A stretch of 64,000 nt of DNA from Candidatus Omnitrophota bacterium. Its GTDB lineage: Bacteria; Omnitrophota; Gorgyraeia; Zapsychrales; Zapsychraceae. Shown in pieces: positions 27,001 to 39,000 of this stretch. The first letter of the stretch is position 1; each line of letters opens with the position of its first letter. The notes beneath the pieces were generated by a model that saw only the letters and a program-made list of their open reading frames with translations, made no database searches and was not told the origin of the DNA. Made by a program: the position numbers and the translations under genes. The stretch lies in NCBI GenBank assembly GCA_021108075.1, contig JAIORP010000120.1:21557-85556 (forward strand), written 5' to 3'.

Positions 27001-30000
27001 AAAAAGAGATAAGGAGGTAGAGATTGGGGTAGAACGGGAAGGGGAAATTATAACGGGTTGGAAGATAAAAGGTGAGAAGCATTCTGTTAAATATAGATTG
27101 TACTGGAGGAGGGGTAAATTTATTTGTTCATCATTGAAAGGTTTTTCTTTTAAAAAAGTAAGAAAATTGGGGGTAGATAAGGTTAGTCAGTTGAAAGTGA
27201 ATGCTTTGGGGGTATTGACCGTGCTTGGTGAGGGTATACCGATAGGGACTTGTTATGCAGAAAGAGAGGGTTTTGCTTTGATAGACGGTTCGGGAGTACG
27301 GGAGATAACATTGATTGCAACAAGGCGGGAGCCGGAAGAGAAAATAAAAATCAAAAGAGAGGGTAGAGTTATTAAAAAATTTGAATTTTATTTTCAGGGA
27401 ACTGAAAGTGTAAGAGAAGTTGCATATATTTCTTTAAGGCGGGAAGATGGGCACCTGATATCATATTCTTCCTTATGTGATCCTTATTTTATAAGTAGGA
27501 AAATTAAGAGAAATAAATTCAGCGGTATAGTAGAGGGCATGGAGGTGACTAAATTCGGGTGGGTAAGCATTGGGATAGATAACTTTTTTATTCCGCAGAC
27601 ACGCGGCTGGGCTGTAGATATTAAGTATGATAACGGAGAGGCAGTAAAACTTTATCTGATTAATCCTGAAAGTGGAGAAAGATTAGAAAAAGATGCGGAA
27701 GAGGTAAAGGTAGAAACAAGTGACGAGTGGACAGAAGAAAGAAAAGCAATGTTTAAGAGAAAAAAGGGTATTATTCTTGATAGGGCTAAAAGATATTGTA
27801 ATTATGCAGGTATATATGGAATAAATTTCCATGAGCTTGTTTCAGAAGGAGAAAAAGCATTAATGGGAGCAATATTGCGTAACTATAAACCTGGAGAAAT
27901 TAGATATGAATATGCAGTTCTTTGTATAAATGGAGGGATGTTAAACCTGATTGATAATGAGAGAAAAGCAAGAAATATCAGAAAGCAGGACAGCAGGAGG
28001 ATAGCCTGGTTATACAAAACAATGCAAGAGCTGGAAAAGGAATTAAATAGAGAACCTGAGGCTCAGGAGATATGTGAGGCGATGGATATAAGTATGGAAG
28101 AGTTATTTGAGATACAGAAAATTCGGGGAAGGTTAGCCACCTCTAGTATGGATTTTCCGACCGGAGGGAGAGGGGAAGAATACAGGTCAATGCATGAAGT
28201 AATAGGCGATAAGGCAATGTTAGCAGATGAGATAATGGAGGCGTCAGAACGGGAGGCAGCCATTAGAGATGCAATGAGTAGGCTGTCGGAAGAAGAAAGG
28301 GAATATATCAGGATGCTTTTTGGATTTAATGAAGAGATATATTCAGCGGAAGAAATTGCTCGGTTAGAGGGAATTACCTTGGAGAAATTTAATGTCATTA
28401 AATTCGAAATATTTGCGAAAATGGGAGAATATGTAAAGGAGTATAGTTCGCATGGATCGAGGATTAAAGGAAGAATTGAGCAAGATTCAAAAATCGACCC
28501 TGCTATCAATTGGATGGCTCCTAAAGGTGTGCCGGAAGGATTGGAGGGGGCAGATGAAGGGGCATATTCAGGAGATACTTTTGATACGAGGTTGAGTGGC
28601 GAGGAGATAAGAAACGGTAGCTTTTATTGGAGGGATTTGTCAGCGGGAGCGCTCGGGGCGGCGCTTGCAAGGGCATTGGCACAGGAAGGGGATGGAGATG
28701 TAGAAGCAGGGGAAGGAAAGACAAGGTACAAATTTGTCGGCTATATTATTAAGAGAAATGATGAAGGTGAATTAGTAAGCATTTTCACCGCCTACCACAG
28801 AAACAGCGATACAATCCTCATCAGCAAAGCACTCCCATCAATAATTGAAGCATTTAATAAACATCCTGAAATAGGGCGTAAAAATGGAAAATTCGGCGCG
28901 GGAGATATTCTCGCAGAGGCTCTGTTTAAACATGAACTGTCGCATAGAGGGGAAGGCAGGTCAGGATCAGATGTGGAAAAGGAACAAGACGCAAAAGATA
29001 TCCATTGCCACCGTGATTTGGCAAGAGAGAACAGTATTGACATTAATACCCTCGCGGATGTCCTGGTTGAGATGAATGTTATTACGGTGGCATTTGCAGG
29101 GTTGTTGAAGAAGCCGGACATGATTCCGCAGTCAGAGGTGAAAGGAGACAGGGAAGAAATTGTTTTGGAACAAAGTGGATGGGCCTGCGCGGCCTGTGGA
29201 AAATCTGTCGATGGTTTGATCCAGCGATGGGAAGAGACCATTATTGAAAGGAATGACCTGCAGGCGCTCAAAGCCCGGGTGAAGACATCAAGAACTGTTT
29301 ATGAGACGACATTAGACCATACGGGTGTTGATGCGCGTTATCTACGCGTTGGATCATTTATTTTAATCGATCGATCTGTAGATCAAGCGCAAGCGTGGCA
29401 GGCGGTATTACCCCATAACGTCATTTTAATCGAACGACCATTGGAGTATGACACATACATTGTCTCTATGATCGCCGCGCTGTTGGATCTGGCACAGGAA
29501 AATATTTTGAATAATGCTGTTGTGGAAATCCACGGTGTTGATACCGGATTGATGGTTTATGTGGCCTTGCGTTTGGGAGCAAAGCGCGTGGTTGGGATTG
29601 ACCGTGGAGAAGAAGCCATTCAACAAACGGCACAGTTGCTGAGTGACCATCATTACCGGGGGGCTGTTTTAACTGAAGAAGACTGGTTCACTTATGCGAG
29701 CGAACAGGATGAGGATTATGTCCTGGTTCAAGGGGAGTTAAAGAATTGGTATGCGGTATCGTATCAGCAACGTCAAAATTTACGCGGTCAAAAGGAGTAT
29801 ATCCGTCTCAATGATACGGGGCCGCATTATTCCATTCATCAAGACGCGATGCGAGACATGTTAAGAGACCCCGACGCTGTTGCCATCGTGCTTGGTAATT
29901 ATATTAATTCATCGCCTTTGGCCCGATCGCAAACCCCCGGCGGTTTAAAATCCTTAGGGGATGAAGTCGATATTTCAGCCCTGCAGGCCATCGGTTGGAC

Positions 30001-33000
30001 AGTGGAACAAATTGCTTATCCGACAAAATATAAAGATTTTGTGACGCTTGTTGCTCAAAGGGAGCGGAACGCGTCAAAGAAAAAATTGGCCGATCACCCG
30101 GTCGAAAATCTTGGCCGACAGTCCGGGGATCCCGGGTTTCTCACCGGCCGGCCAGTAACCGTACAGTCCATTCCACAACCGCGTAAAGTTTTTGTCGGAG
30201 GAGGTGAGCGCGTCAATCAAGAGGATTTCGTTCCTGTTATCACAGACAGCATCAAGCAAGTCGCGCAAACACAATTAACCCGGTTATTAGATCGATATCA
30301 TTTTGATTCCAATGCCGTCTTTTACCGTTTCCATCAGGGAACAGATCCAGCGCAAACGCTTGAACAGGAACGCCAACAGCTGATCGATGCTCAGGGTGGA
30401 ACATGTTTGGGTTTATCCTCTATGTTACAAGAGAACATGTTGACGGCATTATTTCGACCGGACTTTGCCAGTGACTTATCGCGCCGTCTGGGATCAAGGG
30501 TTGATACGCATATTTTAGAACATGATGACCGTCAATACCGTTTCGTCATTACTGTCGATGGCAAAAATTTTGTCATTCATGGGTATTTAATCGGCGCGTT
30601 AGCGATTGATCAATTCAATCACCGTTCCAGATCCCGCGTGTCTGCCCGGGAGAGTGAATATTATCGTTACCTGCATTATGCTAATATACTGAAAATTTAT
30701 AGTGAGCAGGAGTCGGTTGCCGCGTTTGTCAGCGATCCGGGCTTTGGTGTTCATTATCTCCTTCCATTAAATGAATCCGTTATGGGGTTACGCGCTCAAG
30801 TCAGGGTCCGGCCGTTAGCGCGCGATGAATGGCCTGTCTATCAATATGATAACCGTGAACTGGCGTGGTTCAACCGTCCGGCTTACCGGGTTTTTGGTGA
30901 AAGCATTCAGAATAAGTTGTTGATTTTAGAAGGGGTGTCCGCGCGCCCAATGGTCTTTGTTGATCAACTGTCTGAATCTGTTTACCGACGACGTTTTTAT
31001 CAAGGGTATCTCGCGATCAGCTTAAATAATATTCAGAGGATTATGCGTTTTGAAGCGAAGACGGGCAGAGTCAAGGTATTGGCCGAAGTATCCTTTGGCT
31101 CCGAACGAAGTCCGCGGTTGACGTTTAAGCTAAGATATTACAACGCGCAAGGAAAACGAATGAAAGTGGTCTTAAATGAAAAACAATTGCGCTTAGCGCT
31201 TGAAAACATGCGTACTTATCGAGAAGGGCGGGATCAAACAGTTTTGCCGAGACACAGCGCGATGGCGCTCGAAGCCGGAGAACTATTGGGACAAACACGA
31301 CAAGAGTGGGAAGACCGTATTGCCGTTATTTTAGATCAATTCGCATACCGTAAGGAAAAGACATTCAGGACTCAATCCGGCCTGTCTGAGAGCACTGTGC
31401 CGGAAGGCGCGTGGGATGTGGATCAGCGCACATATGTCACAGAAGATGACCGTGTTTACGATAAATTTGATTATCAGGATCTGGTCGAGCAGGGTTATAC
31501 CGTCTATAGGAATCATCAGGTCGAACTGGTATTCTTATTACGTAAAGACGCGTCGGTCGTCTTGATCGATGTCATTGCCGTGACAGATCGTCAAGCCATG
31601 GAATACATGGGATGGATCCATGCGAGCTTCCGGTCGCCGTTAATGCTTGACCGGTCCTTACATGATGTTGATTTACGTTTCACTTTGGCCACGGTTGAAT
31701 TCTTATCCGGACTGGACGCGAATATACTGGACGAGATTTATCACATGCCGCGGCAACAAGTGGCCTTGTTTGTCGATCTGTCCTATCAGAATGTTAAGAA
31801 ATACGCGCAATTTTATAATATTGATAAAATATTGATGAGTTCGGTCTTGAACCTCGCGCAGCACTCGGGATTTGAACGCTTCACCGTCAATCCGGCCCAA
31901 AATAAATACGACTATTACCGCGAACGTTTTCACGCAGAGTCCTCCGGTCATTTTACCCGGAACATGCTGGATATGGTGTATTACCTGGCGATTGACATTA
32001 CCGAACAGATCGATATGCCATATATTCTTTTTGATCGTGATCATTTGAACCGGCTCCGATATTTGCTTGTTGAACGCAGCCATCCAGCGCTTGATACTGT
32101 TGTCCGTGTCATTATTCGCGAACGCGCGACAGGACGTTATTTGGTGTTGCAAAAATTAGCGGCCTCAGTCGCTCCGGGCTGCTGGGAAACTCCTGGTGGA
32201 AACGTCGATACATACGAGACATGGCGACAAGCGGCCTTAAGGGAAACAGAAGAAGAGACCGGTTTTGATATTGATTGGGTCGAGGCATTGAATCCAGGGC
32301 AACCGGTGATTTGCTGTTTTGACCGGTTTGTCCGCAGAATTTATGGTTTTTATACGGAGATGGATCGCGTGCACGAACCGTCTATTAATAATAAGTTCAA
32401 AGAAGATGGAACATGTGAAGATAAGCATGCCGCAGCCAGTTGGAAGACGGAGAAAGAAATAAGAATACTTATGGACATGAACCCATCTGAACAGGCCTCC
32501 ATGCTGAAGACCAGCCGGGTTGTTTTTGATTTGCTGTTGTCCGATGGCGTTATCGACATGGAACGGGTGTCAAGAATCGTTCATTGTGTTCGTGATTTAC
32601 CGCGAAATTGCGCTTATAAGAATGTCTCCACGAAAGAAAAATCTGATTTATTAACACATCTCCTGATTCAGATCCACCGGAAGCAAATAGATGAGGTTGT
32701 CGAGCGGCAATGGGATGACGACGGAAACATTCAAAATTATTACATCAAGGCCGGAGCATTAAAGACTGCTCTGCAATCTAAATTGTATGTTCAACCCGTT
32801 AAGGATAACTATTGGCATGTGGTCACAGATAAAGCCCAGTTTTATCGTGGGCCGGAAGGAACGGATAACCCTTGGACGATTCAAGACCTTGATGATGACG
32901 ATTACGTTGGAGCACGCAAACGTAAAAGACGTTCCAGACACGATAAAGAATCCGTTGTTAAATTAGAGATGGAGAAAAAAGCACAGCCGGATCATCAGAT

Positions 33001-36000
33001 TGAATACATTCAAGAACGCCGGATCATCAGCCGTAAGTTTATCACCCGCTCCATCAAAGAATTGGATATGTATTGGCAGATGTTTGATGTGATTTATCCG
33101 GCGATAGCCATTTATGGTTCAGCTCGAATCCCATCTGCTGTGGGCAGAGACCTGGCCAAACGTTTTTCAACATTAGGCTACGCGATCACAACCGGTGGAG
33201 GACCGGGTTGTATGGAGTCAGTCAACCAGGGCGCGTTAGAAGGCCTTCGACGGTTATCTGTTGGTTTAGGCCTGAAATTGCCGTATGAAGATAAATTAAA
33301 TGACTATGTTAACATCCCATTTGAATTTCAATACCTTTTCACGCGGTTATTAGCCTTCCTCACATTTAATCGCGCCCATCTGCATGTCAAAGGCGGGCTG
33401 GGCACATTAAATGAATTCTTTACCGTGACAGCGGCCAAAGAGATCGGTTTTATCTCGGGAGATACACCAATCGTCCTGATCGATAAATGGATGTGGGGTG
33501 TTTTTGATCAATTGATTCGGCAATGGGATGATCGCGGCTTTAGCTCTTACCGTGCGCAGGATATGTATCAACTATACGGCGCAAAACAAAGATCTCAAAT
33601 TGTCCATGATGTCCATCAGACCGCGAAGCATATGCAACGCCAGAACGTGTTATGTATTAACACCGAACTGATTTTTAGGGAATTGAATAATATTAACCGG
33701 CGGCTGAAGGGGCTTGGACCGACAGTCGGTATTATCGGTGATGACCGCAGTATACGCGAAGGAGAGTATGACTTCGGCGTCGCTGAAAGATTGGCGTCAG
33801 TTTTGGCAAAAGAAGGTCTTTCTATCCTGCGCACCAGTGAACGGGGGATCGGCGACGCTGTGCATCGGGGATTTGTCGATGCCCGCCGTGTTGCGCGGCA
33901 GGCTCCGTACAGAGTCAAAGAGCGTTTGATCGGTACAGCCCATGACATCAACGGAAATGGGAATGGTACAGCCCATACATTAAAACTATCATATGACTTT
34001 TTAAAGAAGATCGTGCTGAGCAGTCCATACACGGATGCCTTGATTGTCTTCCCGGGCGGTTATCACGTGATGGATGTTTTGATGGAAGAAGCGTGCTTGA
34101 TCAAGACCCACAAGATCGCTCCCCGGCCGATAATCCTCATGAACAGCAGGTATTGGACCCCATGGCGTGAAGATTTTCTGCGGGCTAAAATGGTCGCTGC
34201 CAAAACAGCCAATCATAAGGAAATCAATTATTTACATATCGCGGATACGCCGGAACAGGTCAAAAAAATTCTGATGCCGCATTTGTATCAGCAAGGTTGG
34301 TATGGTGAACAGGCCAAGACCTCAAAGTCCAGGGCGATCGTCTCTAACATCGGCAAGGTTTCTTCGAAGAGAAAGCAGCGTAATAAAAGCAAGAAGAATC
34401 AAAATGGCGATAAGAACGATCATTCGATCCGTCCGGTTGTCCAACTTCTTATCGGTCTATTGTTATTCTGGTGGCCGAAAGTGGGTAAAGGTTTTAGGCG
34501 TGTTGGTACTGAAACGTTCAGGGCGCGGAACGACTATTTATTAACATCAGCAACTTATCGCGGCCCACCATGGGTGAAGGTTATCGCGGCCTTTGTCCGA
34601 GCTTGGCTTTTACCGGTTGCCCGGGGCGTTGATGCGGACGGTCAGGTGCGCTGGTATGTGCCGCGATCGTACCGAATTTTAAATCTGTCCTATCAGACTC
34701 AATATTCGATTGACCGGCATGAAAGACAATATTCCGCACGTCCTATCCTCGGACTCTTTTTAGGGGAATTTAAAGGCCTTCGGGCCCAGGTACAGGGATT
34801 CCTCAATAAAGAGTGGATGTTTGAATATTTAGATCGCTTAGACATCATGCAGTATACACAGAAAGATAGCTTATACGGACGAGGATTATCAGTGCCCCGT
34901 GAACACGCAACTTCTTTATTCGACCGGCTCGTTCGGTCCAAACATCTGCACGCGTCTTCGGATGTTTTAGGGCGTGAATATCAACGTGTTTTCAGCCAGT
35001 ATTCTGCCTTCTGGGCTGATCATATTCTCGCGAGCCATGCTTTGATATTATCCGGGGCAAAAAATATCCGGCGGGATTCTGTTACGGTTGTCGGTGTTGG
35101 CGCGGCAAGGGAGATTCCTTTAACGGAATTAGCGGTGCTATTTAATACAGTCAAGATTATTGATATGGATGACTCAAGTTTGAGAGATGCCTACCTATCT
35201 GTTCCGGCCCAGGCTGTTGATGAAACCGGGGTACTATTGCGGTCGAAAATTCAGATGATTCAAAGGGATATAACAGATGATCAGATGCTTCAGTTAGCGC
35301 GGGCAGGATTGAAGATTATCGAACAGAATACAGAACCTCAAAAAGCTTATTTAGAGTTGGTCAAATTGTACCGCGACACAAAATTGCAACCGGTGTCCGC
35401 AATGGATGACGATTTGGCCGCCTCCTATATTGTTTCTTCATGTGTTTCCAGCCAAATCATGTGTTATCCCGTTGATTTTATCTACCAAAAATTCTCTAAG
35501 AAATTCGGCCTAAAATGGGATGACCTGGAAGCATGGAATAATATTTTGGAAAAAGATCAGGGATCTGCGCTATTGACGGTTTACCACGACGCGTTTGAGC
35601 GACTTCAGTTGCAGGTCTTCAGCCAGCATGTCCAACTGCTGCAGTCCATCGTCCATCCAGAAGGGCATATTTACTGGTCTGATACGGTCATATCATTACC
35701 GCTGCTCCAGAGCATGAAAAAGGAAGATATGGGGCTGTTTTATGACCGGTACTTCAGGGCGATCAAACCTGATATCGCAAGGATGGATGCTGACAGCGCG
35801 GCGCAGGCAAAGTTTGAAGATCGTAAGCTTTATTACCGCCGAAAACATCCGTCATTGGGCGAAGACCGGATCGCAGCCATTGCTTATATATCATTGATGG
35901 GTGAACAGATTCTTCCATTTAAGAAAGAATATAAGGGCATCTGGACTTTGATGAAAATAGCGCCAAAGGTTTCGACATCTGCTATCGGCCACATGCTGAA

Positions 36001-39000
36001 TCAGGAACAACTGCAACAGCTGGAGTGTATTTTAGGAACACCTGACAGCCGCAGAGACTGGTTCTGGGTCGCGAATCCATTTAATGTTTCCCACGGAGAG
36101 TCAAACGGCGCTTTCCTTGTTCAATCCAGATTGTTTACAGCACGGGATAAAAAAGCACTTCTCTCAGACAAGGCGTCGAGTGACCGGTCCGCTCTGGTTG
36201 AGCAAGAATTCTCCATGGAAGTCGAAGACCCCGGCCTGTTTGAAGAACAGATGAGTTGTACCGCAAAGAATGGTTGGTTCTGCGCGGCGTTACCGGATAT
36301 GTCCGGAAAGGTGGCGGTCATTCGCCGGTCAGGGATCGGGAAGGCGAAAGCCTTATCGGAGATCGAACAGATTATCCGTCAGGAACAATACTTACAGTTC
36401 AAACCTTTTACTTTGACGTATTCCTGGATTAAACAGGTGTTGGCATATTACGTCTCCATCAATAAAACAATACAGGCGCAGCAACTAACCGCGATGGTTA
36501 AACAGGGATTTGTCCGTGCCGGCCCATTGAAATATTCAAGAGGTTTCGCTTTCGGGGATTATATTGTTATTGCCGATGAAGATGTTTGCAATCCAGGTGC
36601 TCTTCTCGTCAGCTTGTCGAATGGTGCACGGCTTTCCGTTCTCAATCATCGGACACGTTTATACTTTGGCATATACCAGTTCACTCAAAGATTGCGGCAA
36701 TATCCTGTCCGGCTCCGTGACCGCCGCAAATTAAATCAAGCCGGATTAATCAAGTTTGCCGGAAGACATAATAAAATCCTTCCGGAGAAGTTGAGCAAGT
36801 CGTATCACGAATTAACCGGAATATACATCGGATTAAAAGGCCTGTCAGAAACGCTTAAATATTTCGGTATCGCTTCAGGCGTAAGCGGGGCGTTATGCGG
36901 CCAGGTCTGGCTGGGCGTCCTTGTCTTTCTGTTAGGCCTGTTTGCCGGTGGTTTAACGCGTATGAGTGTCACTTTAGTCCTTAAAGTAACGCGCTACCGG
37001 GATATCCCGCTGCGACGGTTATTCTATCCACCGGCGCTATTGCCCTATTTTGGTTTCCCGTATTGTCTGCTTGTCTTATCAACACCCAGGTATACGCTCA
37101 GAGAACTGCTGGCGTTAAGAAATATTTATTACAAAGTCAAATGGGGGCTCGTTAAAGCGGTTAAAGATGGTGATGTCACAGATGGACAAATGCAGGTTAT
37201 TCGCGGATCCTTACTGGAAGTTTCCCGGGATATTCTTGATTATCAACGAACGCATTTAACCCTCCGTCAAGGATATCGCGGAAGAGCGGAACGTAGGATG
37301 CGTATCAGATATCCAAAATTCAGTTCAAAGACAGAACCGTATATGTTCACAGCCCTGCTTAAAGGACGTCCGTTCTTATTTGTCGGTTCAAGCGCTGGCA
37401 TCGAAAGGACGAGGAAAAAGGTGCAGCAAAGATTCGGCTTGAAGTATCAGCCGAAAATATATTACTACGATATCAGTCAAGTTTTGAATGTTTCCAACGG
37501 TGATGCCTGGCCAGAAACTTTTGTTAAACCGTTAATGGCTGATACAGAGGAACGTTCCCCTCAAACGGTGGTGCATATGGAACCGCGAAAGAAAGATGCC
37601 CCTCAGCCACGCATGACCGAAAGTCGAGTTAAGTTGGTCTATCAAAATGTGCATGGAAAAGTAATCGCTTGGGTTATTAATAAGAAAGGATTATTTGTTC
37701 TAAGGGAACAAATATTTGAAGGGGTTCTGGAAAAACAAATCTTCATCGGTATTTATCACGTTTCAGCAGATGATGGAGCAGAAAGTCGTGTCGGGGAGCG
37801 TAAGTATGTTATCCGGGAGGATAAAATTATTGCCGGAGCTTCAGGAGATTATGATTTCCATATTGACCCGTCCTACAGATCTCTTGGTCTGGGAGTTGTG
37901 GTTTTGACCCACGTATTTAAACAAGCGGTGGCCCATCAAACAGATATGATGATAATTCATTTTCCGGAATACCGTATCCAACAGACATTGCAGCGGGTAT
38001 ATGGTTTTGGTCAGGAACGGTTTAAACCGGGTATAGGCCGTTTTATCGAGAAAACTCATTTGCGGCAGCAAGCCGACGAATTTGTCTGGCTCGTAGAGGA
38101 TCATTTAGCGCGGCGTCAAAAGGAAAAAGCGTTTCAGTCCCGGTTCATAACAGCGTTTCAAAAGGGCGCTGAACCAATTGAGGTTATTTTAGAGAAGAAA
38201 GATCTCTCGGCTGATTCCATTCATTCTCAGGCAGGTTTAAGCCGGGCAGGTCGAATCAAAGAAATTTTATCGCGTAACTGCGTCTATCAGGCAGTAACGG
38301 TTAAAGAACGGAGATTATTGGTTCAGGCCATTGAGGCTTCCTCCCGGGAGGACAGAGCGCTGTTAAGGGTTGCGCCGCATCCGGTATCCGGTCAGGCAAA
38401 AGTCTGGTTAGATGCGTCCTTTGCCAGAAATTTTGTTCAGCAGAAGATGAAATATCCTATTTATGTTGAAAACATCAAACCAGGGTATTGGCATGCCATC
38501 AAAGAATACCGGCCAGGATCTGTTCCCATCTTCGATCCAGCAGTGACGGGTTGGATAGGTGCTAAGTTAAAGAACCGGGAGAAAGCTCAAATTCTTATGC
38601 AAGAGATTGAATCTTTATTTGCGCAAAAGCAAAAGAATGTTTCATCCGCTCGTCGATTTTTTATTCGCCAACGCGTTAAATCGCTACAGGCCCGGGTCAG
38701 GCGGTTTAAGAAAGACAAGAAATATGCGACGTTGATTTCTGATTTAGAACAATGCAAAGTTGATATGGCAAGCCCGTGCGACTGGAACAAATCATGGGAT
38801 CTCGCGATCCGCCAACAAAAAAGCAAGAAGCAAAGAGTTCAGACATCAGGATTTTTAAAGGAAAAAGTGTTTGGCCTGATGCGTCGGCGACACAAAAAGG
38901 GCGCACCGGATGAGGTCCTGGATGTTGACTCAATTGAAGAGGTACAGGAAGTAGAGTCGGAACAGCCAGAAACTGTTGCCGCGCAATCAGCAGATCTTCG

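Noticed and set aside
20250-29170. The island as an IS element, prophage or integron
   Set aside because: No transposase, integrase, terminal inverted repeats or attC-like sites were seen, and the frame is continuous.
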